From: a virus
Lineage: Duplodnaviria; Caudoviricetes
Length of the DNA stretch: 30,679 bases
IMG/VR virus record: IMGVR_UViG_3300020402_000143
Span: 1-30,679 of that record
Strand: one strand, 5' to 3'
Made by a program: the position numbers and the translations under genes. The notes beneath the pieces were generated by a model. That model was not told where the DNA came from. It made no database searches and was given only the letters and a program-made list of their open reading frames with translations. Below, piece by piece: positions 18,063 through 24,614 of this stretch (position 1 is its first letter; every line of letters starts with the position of its first letter).

Positions 18063-18137
18063 ATGTGGTCTAAACCTATTATCACAGAAATTTCTGTTGG
18101 TCTTGAGATTAACAGTTATGCATGTGCAGAAAAGTAA
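18063..18137 (+). CDS. pqqA: Pyrroloquinoline quinone precursor peptide PqqA-like (24 aa)
   Basis: Translated by hand: MWSKPIITEISVGLEINSYACAEK. Has the N-terminal WxxP, the G-x-E-x-x-x-Y core (E15, Y19) and the typical length; GGAG RBS at 18053-18056; hairpin right after the stop. Confidence 0.88.
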   Translation: MWSKPIITEISVGLEINSYACAEK

Positions 18138-18423
18138 TATAGTAGTGGGAGCTTTAGTGCTCCCTTTACTTTCATTTTGCGATCCGGTTGTAGCTACCAA
18201 CGGTAGACTATACGATCAGCTCAATCAATATAATGTAACTTGCAGACTAACCAAAGAACAGATAGTCAAACCTTTTTTTGGAGAAGACTCTGTCAAATGC
18301 TTTTATACATGCACAGATAAGGATACTATGGTTATAACAACGCATAGTGATTTTGCTTGTGAAAAACAAATACAGAGTCCAAGAGGAGACAAAAGAGATT
18401 GGAGAGGTCGATTGAAATATTAA
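18118..18423 (+). CDS. Small Cys-rich, possibly exported protein
   Basis: Hydrophobic N-terminus then VTCRL...CFYTC...ACEK. Start uncertain: ATG 18118 or GTG 18157 (GGAG at 18148-18151); TTG 18097 is less likely. Confidence 0.6.
   Translation: MHVQKSNIVVGALVLPLLSFCDPVVATNGRLYDQLNQYNVTCRLTKEQIVKPFFGEDSVKCFYTCTDKDTMVITTHSDFACEKQIQSPRGDKRDWRGRLKY
18147..18178 (+). terminator. Intrinsic terminator-like hairpin after pqqA
   Basis: GGGAGC-TTTAGT-GCTCCC followed by TTTACTTTCATTTT. Confidence 0.55.
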
Positions 18424-18501
18424 GGCTACGAGATTGTAGTGGTGAAAGATTTCCAAGAAACAAGAACAGAATATTAGGTTATAGAAATCCAGTTAAATAT
18501 T

Positions 18502-18621
18502 ATGGCAAAAAGATTACAAAGAGTAGAATATAGTCCAGTAAAAAAAACAAAGAGGAGATATAAAAAGATAGGTCTTCGACATCGAAAACAACTGGGACCT
18601 AAATCACATCTAAGGAGTTAA
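18502..18621 (+). CDS. Small basic protein (39 aa), not in ORF track
   Basis: MAKRLQRVEYSPVKKTKRRYKKIGLRHRKQLGPKSHLRS; its stop abuts the arm-junction hairpin; no clear SD. Confidence 0.5.
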   Translation: MAKRLQRVEYSPVKKTKRRYKKIGLRHRKQLGPKSHLRS

Positions 18622-18670
18622 ATCTCTAGGAGCTTACAGTTAAACAGTCCCGCCCCTAGAGATCCTTTTG
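18622..18670. terminator. Inverted repeat at the convergence of the two arms (putative bidirectional terminator)
   Basis: ATCTCTAGG (18622-18630) / CCTAGAGAT (18655-18663), extending to 12 bp with one G-U on the minus strand; CCTTTT follows on +. Confidence 0.55.
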
Positions 18671-18698
18671 ACGACGTTGTTTCAATTAAGAGTATACA

Positions 18699-19115
18699 TT
18701 ATTTAGTAGCTTGGTCAAGCAGTTTACGAGCTATGTCTGAAGACGACATTGTTTTTTTACCACCAATATTAAATAACATAGGTATATTATTTTTTAAACA
18801 ATACTCTACCTCTGGTGTGGTGGTTGGAACTCTATCCCCTCCGTTAGCAAATGCAAAAAGCTGATCCATATCTTTTAAATTATTAACAACAGTATCATCG
18901 TTGTCTTTTGCTTTGATAACTTTTTGTATAAATTGTGTTGAGCTAACAATCTCGCTTCGTTCTTTATACGGTAACATCACGAATCCTTTTTTTCTTTGCA
19001 GCCACTCGTCAGTATTTACTATTGCCCACACTTCTCCAAACAAATTTGCCTGGCGAAACATACTTATGTGTCCAGAGTGTAGGGGATCAAAGCCCCCACT
19101 CACCACTATAATCAT
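18699..19115 (-). CDS. Cytidylyltransferase-like nucleotidyltransferase (HxGH family; TagD/RfaE-II-like)
   Basis: VVSGGFDPLHSGH, NTDEWLQRKKG, FANGGDR and SSS motifs. Confidence 0.85.
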   Translation of the reverse strand: MIIVVSGGFDPLHSGHISMFRQANLFGEVWAIVNTDEWLQRKKGFVMLPYKERSEIVSSTQFIQKVIKAKDNDDTVVNNLKDMDQLFAFANGGDRVPTTTPEVEYCLKNNIPMLFNIGGKKTMSSSDIARKLLDQATK

Positions 19116-19434
19116 GACTTATCCTTATTATATCGTTTTCATCTAGTTTTTCACCCTCCCAAATCTCAAAAACCCGCACATGGCCATTAGAAGCACGTAG
19201 ACAATGAAGTGTATTTCTTGGGATATAAACCCTATGACCGGGTAGAAATGTCCACCAGTGATCGTCTATGAGGGCCGTTGCTTCGCCACTTTGTATCTTC
19301 CAATGCTCATCTCTATATTTATGATACTGAACTGACATTCCTCGACCTGGATACACATGTAATATTTTTATAACTCTAGTTGGTGTTTGTTTTAATACTC
19401 TGTAATGTCCCCAAGGTCGTGAAACAATATTCAT
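19087..19434 (-). CDS. Cupin, type II mannose-6-phosphate isomerase-like
   Basis: RPWGHY, SVQYHKYRDEHW, H..., EDIIR-like ENDIIR motifs. Confidence 0.85.
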   Translation of the reverse strand: MNIVSRPWGHYRVLKQTPTRVIKILHVYPGRGMSVQYHKYRDEHWKIQSGEATALIDDHWWTFLPGHRVYIPRNTLHCLRASNGHVRVFEIWEGEKLDENDIIRISHDYSGEWGL

Positions 19435-19435
19435 T

Positions 19436-20002
19436 TTATCTAAACGGTGGACCCATAAACCAACATACTAAACTATGTCGAGTCCCTTCTGTCACTGCTT
19501 TAATTCTATGAAAATAAAATGATGGAAATATAATCATATCACCTTTGTCTCTAAAACCTTCGATCGGTTCAATCTTACCATCCATGTTTTTAATTTGTAA
19601 TATACCACCCTTGTAGTCCTCAAAGTTAGATAGCTGCACAACCATCGATAACTTTCTTAGTAGTCCTGGATATGGTCCATCTTTTTCTGGAGGATAAATA
19701 TCTCGATGCCATTGATAGTGCTGCCCCTTTTTATATTCTGTAAATTGTGGGCACTGTAAATTTGTAACATCAAACATATAATATTTTTTATTTATCTTTG
19801 CTGCAATCTCACATAACTTAGGGACAATCCAATGATCAAGAGGATACCATTTTATCTTTGAGTTCCTATCTTTTTTTAGATCAGCTTCTTTCTTCCACAT
19901 TACACCAGCCAGCTGTTCAGAATAGTCAGGAGACTCCTTGATCATTTCGTCGCATAACTTTTCTGGAACAGCCTTCGGTATGGTCACAAATGTTTTATAC
20001 AT
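19436..20002 (-). CDS. 2OG-Fe(II) oxygenase (prolyl-4-hydroxylase/PKHD-like)
   Basis: QFTEY...YQWHRD (HxD), RKLS, GGIL, FPSFYFH and RHSLVCW motifs. Start corrected to ATG 20002, overlapping the RNR stop. Confidence 0.88.
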   Translation of the reverse strand: MYKTFVTIPKAVPEKLCDEMIKESPDYSEQLAGVMWKKEADLKKDRNSKIKWYPLDHWIVPKLCEIAAKINKKYYMFDVTNLQCPQFTEYKKGQHYQWHRDIYPPEKDGPYPGLLRKLSMVVQLSNFEDYKGGILQIKNMDGKIEPIEGFRDKGDMIIFPSFYFHRIKAVTEGTRHSLVCWFMGPPFR

Positions 20003-21923
20003 CCACGACCTCGCATGAACCGGCACTACATGCAAGAGTTTGGGAGGATTTAGTGTTATCATCTTGCTCGTGAAGTGCCAAATCATTCCAATTAATTTTG
20101 TTTGGTTGATCCTTTTTTAATTTATTATATTCTTCCTCATCAATATCTTCGTATGGAGCTTGTTGATATACATGTCCAAAGTTTGGTAGAAACGATACAC
20201 CACTTAGATCATCAAAATTATTCCAACACCAGTCTGCAACACCTAACCACTCGTTGTCATTTACAGATATAGTTATACTTGGTTTATGTTCACACCAATA
20301 CTTGGCATACACTAGCCAGTGGTTTAGTTGTTCAAGCGCCGATCTTTTGTTACGAGTAACACATCCTTTGGGTGCTTTTTCTACAAAAGAAAAGACCGCA
20401 GTTGCATCTGGTTTCATAACACAATCTTCTGTTGGTATATTTTGTGATTGTAAAAACTGTGTTAGTGGATCTTTCTTATCACCTCTAACTCTGCGAATAT
20501 AATGTTCGTTATGTCTAGCGTGTATACCTGACGCAGCATTGACTAGTTGTGACACAGTGCCAGATGGTTTAACACATGTGATAGCTGTAGCCTGATTAAT
20601 ACCAAATCGTTTAGCCCATATCTTATTTACATCGACGGCTTTTTGTTTCATTCTTTTTAACAAGTCTGGAAGAATTGCCTGATTATAAACATCACCAGAT
20701 AATATTTTGTGATCCATAATACCAGTTAAAGATACTCCGAGCAATCTTTCTTTTTCTGTTGCATCTTTCCATTGTCTTCTCAAATATTTAAAACTAGTTA
20801 GAGTTGCTTGCATAGTCCCAAGGATTGTAGCTGCCTCAACTTTATCAAGTAAATCTTCCTCGTGATCATCTTCACGAACCACTACCTCAGACAAGTTGCA
20901 AAATTGAAAAGGCTGTAAAATTATTTCTGAACATGGGTTGGTTCCAAACTCAAAACTATCATCACGTCTTTTGTTTCTAGCAGCAACTGTCTTTGATGCT
21001 TGTCTATTAAAGATACCTCTTTCACCACTGCCTGATTTATAAAGAGCTAACCACTCTTCCATAAAGGTACCGATGTTATCTGGTTTTGTTTCATACACGG
21101 CTGAGTTATTTGACAATGCACGTTGTGCTTCTACTCTGTACCACTCACCAGACTTGGCATCTCTCATGTCTCTGTCGTTAAGATCAGATAAACTAATCAT
21201 AGCTGATCGTCTGACACCACCAACTACAACAATCTCACCAACTTTACAGACAAGGTCATGACACTCAAGCGGAGTTAGTCTTCTGCCTTTTGCTTTAACA
21301 AAGGTTTCTTTCGCAAAGTTGAAGAGATCAACGAGCGGTGCAGGACCTGAAGCTCTTCCACCGAAAGTGTGAAGTCGTGCCCCTGCCGGTCGCACATTAG
21401 AAATATCCCACCTGGGGATTTGCCCGGCATACAATAATGTAAGGACTTCCCGAAATGCTTTTGCCCAACCAAGCTTAGAGTCCCTGACCACGACCACAGA
21501 CTCTGTATCGTGGAAATCGTCAGCCACACTAGGCAAAAGTTCTGTATATTTTTTTTCAACACTGAAACCAACTCCCGTCCCACACATAAGCACGTAAAGT
21601 ATTTCGTCAAAAGCTTTTGGATGGTCTATGGGTACATAAGAACAATTATACCCCGCAATGTTTTCTTTTTCCAAGGCCGGACCGGCTGTCATTAATGCTC
21701 TCATGGAGGGCATGACCTCTAAATTTAAAACTTTATTTTCAAGATATTCTCTGGTCTTCTTATCTATTTTATATTTACAATTCTTTTCTATTTGTTTCTC
21801 AAAAAAATCAAAGTAACGAGCTACGGTTTCGTGCCATTCTTCTCTTCTCTTTTCTGTAGGTAGCCATCTAGCGTATCTAGACTTGTGGATAAATTGTTGA
21901 TAAACAGTTGGTAAAGTCGTCAT
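19995..21923 (-). CDS. nrdJ: Class II (adenosylcobalamin-dependent) ribonucleotide reductase, RTPR-like
   Basis: MPSMRA, YNCS, GTGVGFS, GGVRRSA, GTNPCSE, CNLSE, TCVKPSGT and C-terminal CSAGSC redox pair; 642 aa; no NrdB-like gene in the window. Confidence 0.92.
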   Translation of the reverse strand: MTTLPTVYQQFIHKSRYARWLPTEKRREEWHETVARYFDFFEKQIEKNCKYKIDKKTREYLENKVLNLEVMPSMRALMTAGPALEKENIAGYNCSYVPIDHPKAFDEILYVLMCGTGVGFSVEKKYTELLPSVADDFHDTESVVVVRDSKLGWAKAFREVLTLLYAGQIPRWDISNVRPAGARLHTFGGRASGPAPLVDLFNFAKETFVKAKGRRLTPLECHDLVCKVGEIVVVGGVRRSAMISLSDLNDRDMRDAKSGEWYRVEAQRALSNNSAVYETKPDNIGTFMEEWLALYKSGSGERGIFNRQASKTVAARNKRRDDSFEFGTNPCSEIILQPFQFCNLSEVVVREDDHEEDLLDKVEAATILGTMQATLTSFKYLRRQWKDATEKERLLGVSLTGIMDHKILSGDVYNQAILPDLLKRMKQKAVDVNKIWAKRFGINQATAITCVKPSGTVSQLVNAASGIHARHNEHYIRRVRGDKKDPLTQFLQSQNIPTEDCVMKPDATAVFSFVEKAPKGCVTRNKRSALEQLNHWLVYAKYWCEHKPSITISVNDNEWLGVADWCWNNFDDLSGVSFLPNFGHVYQQAPYEDIDEEEYNKLKKDQPNKINWNDLALHEQDDNTKSSQTLACSAGSCEVVDV

Positions 21924-22150
21924 CGTCTCCCTTTCATTTTAATTATGTTTCTAATATGTGTTAATGTCATCACCACATTCAACATCATCATAAAGTATAG
22001 ACCCTCTTGTATTGTCCATGCCCACCAAAAAAGTTGTGAGCAAATACCAAACAATGGTGCTTTCAGTGATCCGTTACCATACAAGTAAACTGATACACAT
22101 GCGGTCAGTGAGCAGATTATTTCAAGTATCGGAACATCAGATACTATCAT
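21920..22150 (-). CDS. Small 3-TM membrane protein (half-PnuC-like)
   Basis: 76 aa with three hydrophobic helices and a basic C-terminus; ATGA overlaps with both neighbours. Confidence 0.6.
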   Translation of the reverse strand: MIVSDVPILEIICSLTACVSVYLYGNGSLKAPLFGICSQLFWWAWTIQEGLYFMMMLNVVMTLTHIRNIIKMKGRR

Positions 22151-22377
22151 TCTTTTTCTAGCAATTCAATATATCTATTTAAATACCATCGAGCTTTTTG
22201 CAAGTCTTCTAATCTTTTACCTTTGTAATTACATCTCCAAGTGTATTTCATAACTTGTCCACGTAAGTATCCACGGTATTCTTCAGGTGTTAGTGCAGCT
22301 TCGATGGCTTCAATACACTCAATACCTTTGTCATTATATTTATAGTGAGGTGGGTTGTTTACTAAATCGTCAGTCAT
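22147..22377 (-). CDS. DUF3310 protein (T7 gp1.7-like nucleotide kinase / SaV-like)
   Basis: VNNPPHY...IECIEAI...KYTWR...KG...EDLQKARWYL signature. Confidence 0.9.
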   Translation of the reverse strand: MTDDLVNNPPHYKYNDKGIECIEAIEAALTPEEYRGYLRGQVMKYTWRCNYKGKRLEDLQKARWYLNRYIELLEKE

Positions 22378-22784
22378 TTTATCTCCTCTTTGTGGGTCAT
22401 GTTTAATAGTACATTTAATCTTTTTCTTTGGAAGTCTGAGCTGGTAGGCTCATCAATAAGTTTCCTAGCGAAAGAACGAACTTGCTGATAATTAAGGCCA
22501 GCAAGATCACACACATCAACAAACCAAGTAGCAGTAACACCGACGCTTTTACTGAACCAGCGAACAGCATCTTCCCTAACTTGCACAGACTCTTTAGAAA
22601 CATTTTCATTTTCGTTACTAGCATCCAATAAAGCTTGGTAAATAACAGCTCTGAATAATGCTCTCTCATTTTCTCCCTCTCTATTTACCTCGGTAATCGT
22701 ATCGAGTGTAGGGTCTAAAGCAATCCGGGTTTGATTTGGGTTTAACGAATATGTCTGTTGTGTTGATTTCTTTTGGTCTTTCAT
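22374..22784 (-). CDS. Conserved phage hypothetical helical protein
   Basis: ERALFRAVIYQALLDA...WF...FVDVCDLAGL pattern; start uncertain because of a 104-nt overlap with endonuclease I. Confidence 0.7.
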   Translation of the reverse strand: MKDQKKSTQQTYSLNPNQTRIALDPTLDTITEVNREGENERALFRAVIYQALLDASNENENVSKESVQVREDAVRWFSKSVGVTATWFVDVCDLAGLNYQQVRSFARKLIDEPTSSDFQRKRLNVLLNMTHKEEIK

Positions 22785-23163
22785 CTATCCATTCCACTGG
22801 TACAAATCTATCTGCCCATATAAAATTATTGTTACTAAGCCAATCACCATAAGTTGTTTTACTAGTTTTGTAAAGTTTATTCCTAGAATTTTGTAGTACA
22901 AATCTAATATCTAAGTCTGGTCTTTGTTGTTTTATACACAGATGTTTGGCTCTATCTTCTTTTGTAAGCTGTCCCTTGAGTTCTATTATAATACCATTCG
23001 ATAATATAATATCTGGAGTGTATGTCTTCTTGATCTCCGGAACAACGTAGGGAATGACTAGGGTTTCATACTCAAAGTCAACCTTGTCTTCATCAAGCTT
23101 ACCACATACAGTGGCTTCAAAGATAGACCTATAGAATCCTTTTTCTTTTCTAAGAATACTCAT
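22681..23163 (-). CDS. Endonuclease I (T7 gp3-like Holliday junction resolvase)
   Basis: YRSIFE, YTPD, IIIELKG, DRAKH, LDIRFV, TTYGDW and PVEW motifs. Confidence 0.92.
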   Translation of the reverse strand: MSILRKEKGFYRSIFEATVCGKLDEDKVDFEYETLVIPYVVPEIKKTYTPDIILSNGIIIELKGQLTKEDRAKHLCIKQQRPDLDIRFVLQNSRNKLYKTSKTTYGDWLSNNNFIWADRFVPVEWIDERPKEINTTDIFVKPKSNPDCFRPYTRYDYRGK

Positions 23164-24023
23164 GGAATATCTTCTGAAACATTAGGCTCACTAACCACTT
23201 TGGTTAACCACCGTGGTCCTTTACTATATATAAACTTTCGTAGTCCATGTCCATCATTTGCATCAGACCAACAATCGTTTTTGTATGCACAGTACGAACA
23301 TCCAACACTTAACTTCATGTTACCTGATGTTCCCTCTGGTTCTTCATCATAACACCTTGGTGGTGGCTTGTCTTTGTCTTTTAAAACTTTTCTTAAATGT
23401 TTAATTCTTTCTCGTGCATTAGGTACATCAGACTTATCTGGACGGCACAATGCTAGTGCTCCGCTTTGCTTATCAATAGCAAGAAAAGCTACCTTGTCGT
23501 TATTGTTTGCTTCTGAATATGCTGCGATCTGATGAAGGTATCCAAAGGCATCTGTCTCTGATGTAATGTCGTTATCTCTAAATTTTCTAAACCCAAATTG
23601 TGATGCTGATTTAACATCAACAACCACTCCGTCTATTACAGCATCTTGATGTCCAGTTACTCCATCAAGTTTTAAAGTTCTTTGTTCATCTGTTACAGAG
23701 TGTCCGGCTGTTTTAGATAACAACAATAACAATGCTTCTAACATATGTCCATATAAAAACTTAATACGTACATGAGCTGGCATATGTTCTTTTAATTCTG
23801 GTTTGTATAGCTCATACCATAGTTGACGATCTGGTTTGCCGAGGCTCGACATACGAATACCCCGGCTACCAGTTTGTTTTTCTGTTAAGTAAGTAAGAAC
23901 AGCATCTTTCATACTCTCTGCAAATTTATTTAAATCATGTGGTGTTGGTTTCTTTTTGTTACCATCATCAAACAATTTATAAATATCTTTTACAAGAGTG
24001 TTTATGCTTTTCTTACTAGACAT
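23160..24023 (-). CDS. PD-(D/E)XK exonuclease (RecB/Cas4-like)
   Basis: RMSSLG...RQLWY, GH..E, GHQD...VDVKS, Q...Y and CSYC...CW motifs. Confidence 0.85.
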   Translation of the reverse strand: MSSKKSINTLVKDIYKLFDDGNKKKPTPHDLNKFAESMKDAVLTYLTEKQTGSRGIRMSSLGKPDRQLWYELYKPELKEHMPAHVRIKFLYGHMLEALLLLLSKTAGHSVTDEQRTLKLDGVTGHQDAVIDGVVVDVKSASQFGFRKFRDNDITSETDAFGYLHQIAAYSEANNNDKVAFLAIDKQSGALALCRPDKSDVPNARERIKHLRKVLKDKDKPPPRCYDEEPEGTSGNMKLSVGCSYCAYKNDCWSDANDGHGLRKFIYSKGPRWLTKVVSEPNVSEDIP

Positions 24024-24526
24024 TAGAATGGAAGCTTATCGTCTTGTAATTCATCCTTATTTGATGCGCCGTTCGTTGGAGCTTGATATCCAGACTCCTC
24101 GCCAAACTCATCTAAATTTTCAGAAGGACTGTACTCAACTAATTTAGTTACTTGTACAGCTTTCAAAGATGCGCCAACACCTTTATTACCTTTAACATTA
24201 TAATCATAAGTATCAAAAGCTACATTAACTAATGAACCATTGCCGATTAAAACATCAGGGCTAATTGGTGTTTTTTTAGAATCAACAACACGAGGTGAAT
24301 TGTTCTTTGTACCATCTTTACGAGTGTACTTTCGTTTAATAGTAATGAACTCACCTCTCTCGTCGTCTTTGGTTTTTATACGAGGACTAAGTCCCAAGTC
24401 TTGTAGTTGTTTCTTAGTCTTTGCATCCACTGTTACATCAATTGAAAAGATACCTTGCTCATTGTATTGATCAAAGTGTGGTTGATGGACTTTCGCCCAG
24501 TATGCAGTTCCAGATATTACTGGCAT
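24023..24526 (-). CDS. Single-stranded DNA-binding protein (T7 gp2.5-like)
   Basis: IGNGS.V, LKAVQV..LVEY and acidic tail ending DDKLPF; AAGGAG RBS. Confidence 0.88.
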   Translation of the reverse strand: MPVISGTAYWAKVHQPHFDQYNEQGIFSIDVTVDAKTKKQLQDLGLSPRIKTKDDERGEFITIKRKYTRKDGTKNNSPRVVDSKKTPISPDVLIGNGSLVNVAFDTYDYNVKGNKGVGASLKAVQVTKLVEYSPSENLDEFGEESGYQAPTNGASNKDELQDDKLPF

Positions 24527-24585
24527 AGTTTTCTCCTTATATAAAAGTTAATAAAATTTTATGTTTTTTTCACAAACATTTGTAC

Positions 24586-24614
24586 AGTGTAACACACTGT
24601 TTAGTTATCCACAA
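24586..24614 (-). promoter_or_regulatory. Putative sigma70 promoter of the ssb operon, overlapped by a DnaA box and a palindrome
   Basis: Minus strand TTGTGG-17 nt-TACACT with TGn extended -10; TTATCCACA at 24605-24613; ACAGTGT-AAC-ACACTGT at 24584-24600. Confidence 0.55.

Noticed and set aside
18017-18073. Short ORF MATSTVCLTITNGVDYVV overlapping the pqqA start
   Set aside because: No SD, start buried in a hairpin, no motif; pqqA has the proper RBS.
702-18456. Minus-strand and alternative-frame ORFs in the left arm (e.g. 1683-1961, 7140-7472, 11598-12152, 17655-18200)
   Set aside because: Shadows of well-supported + strand genes, with no motifs or RBS.
13969-20002. DNA hypermodification system (GTs plus oxygenase)
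   Set aside because: The oxygenase looks P4H-like rather than TET/JBP-like, no methylase or hydroxymethylase is in the window, and the GTs lie in the virion arm. Disfavoured, not excluded.
20003-20086. N-terminal extension of the 2OG oxygenase given in the ORF track
   Set aside because: Overlaps the RNR C-terminal redox tail; ATG 20002 gives normal coupling.
23160-24023. Cas4-like nuclease as part of a CRISPR-Cas system
   Set aside because: No array or other cas genes; it sits in the usual replication/recombination module.
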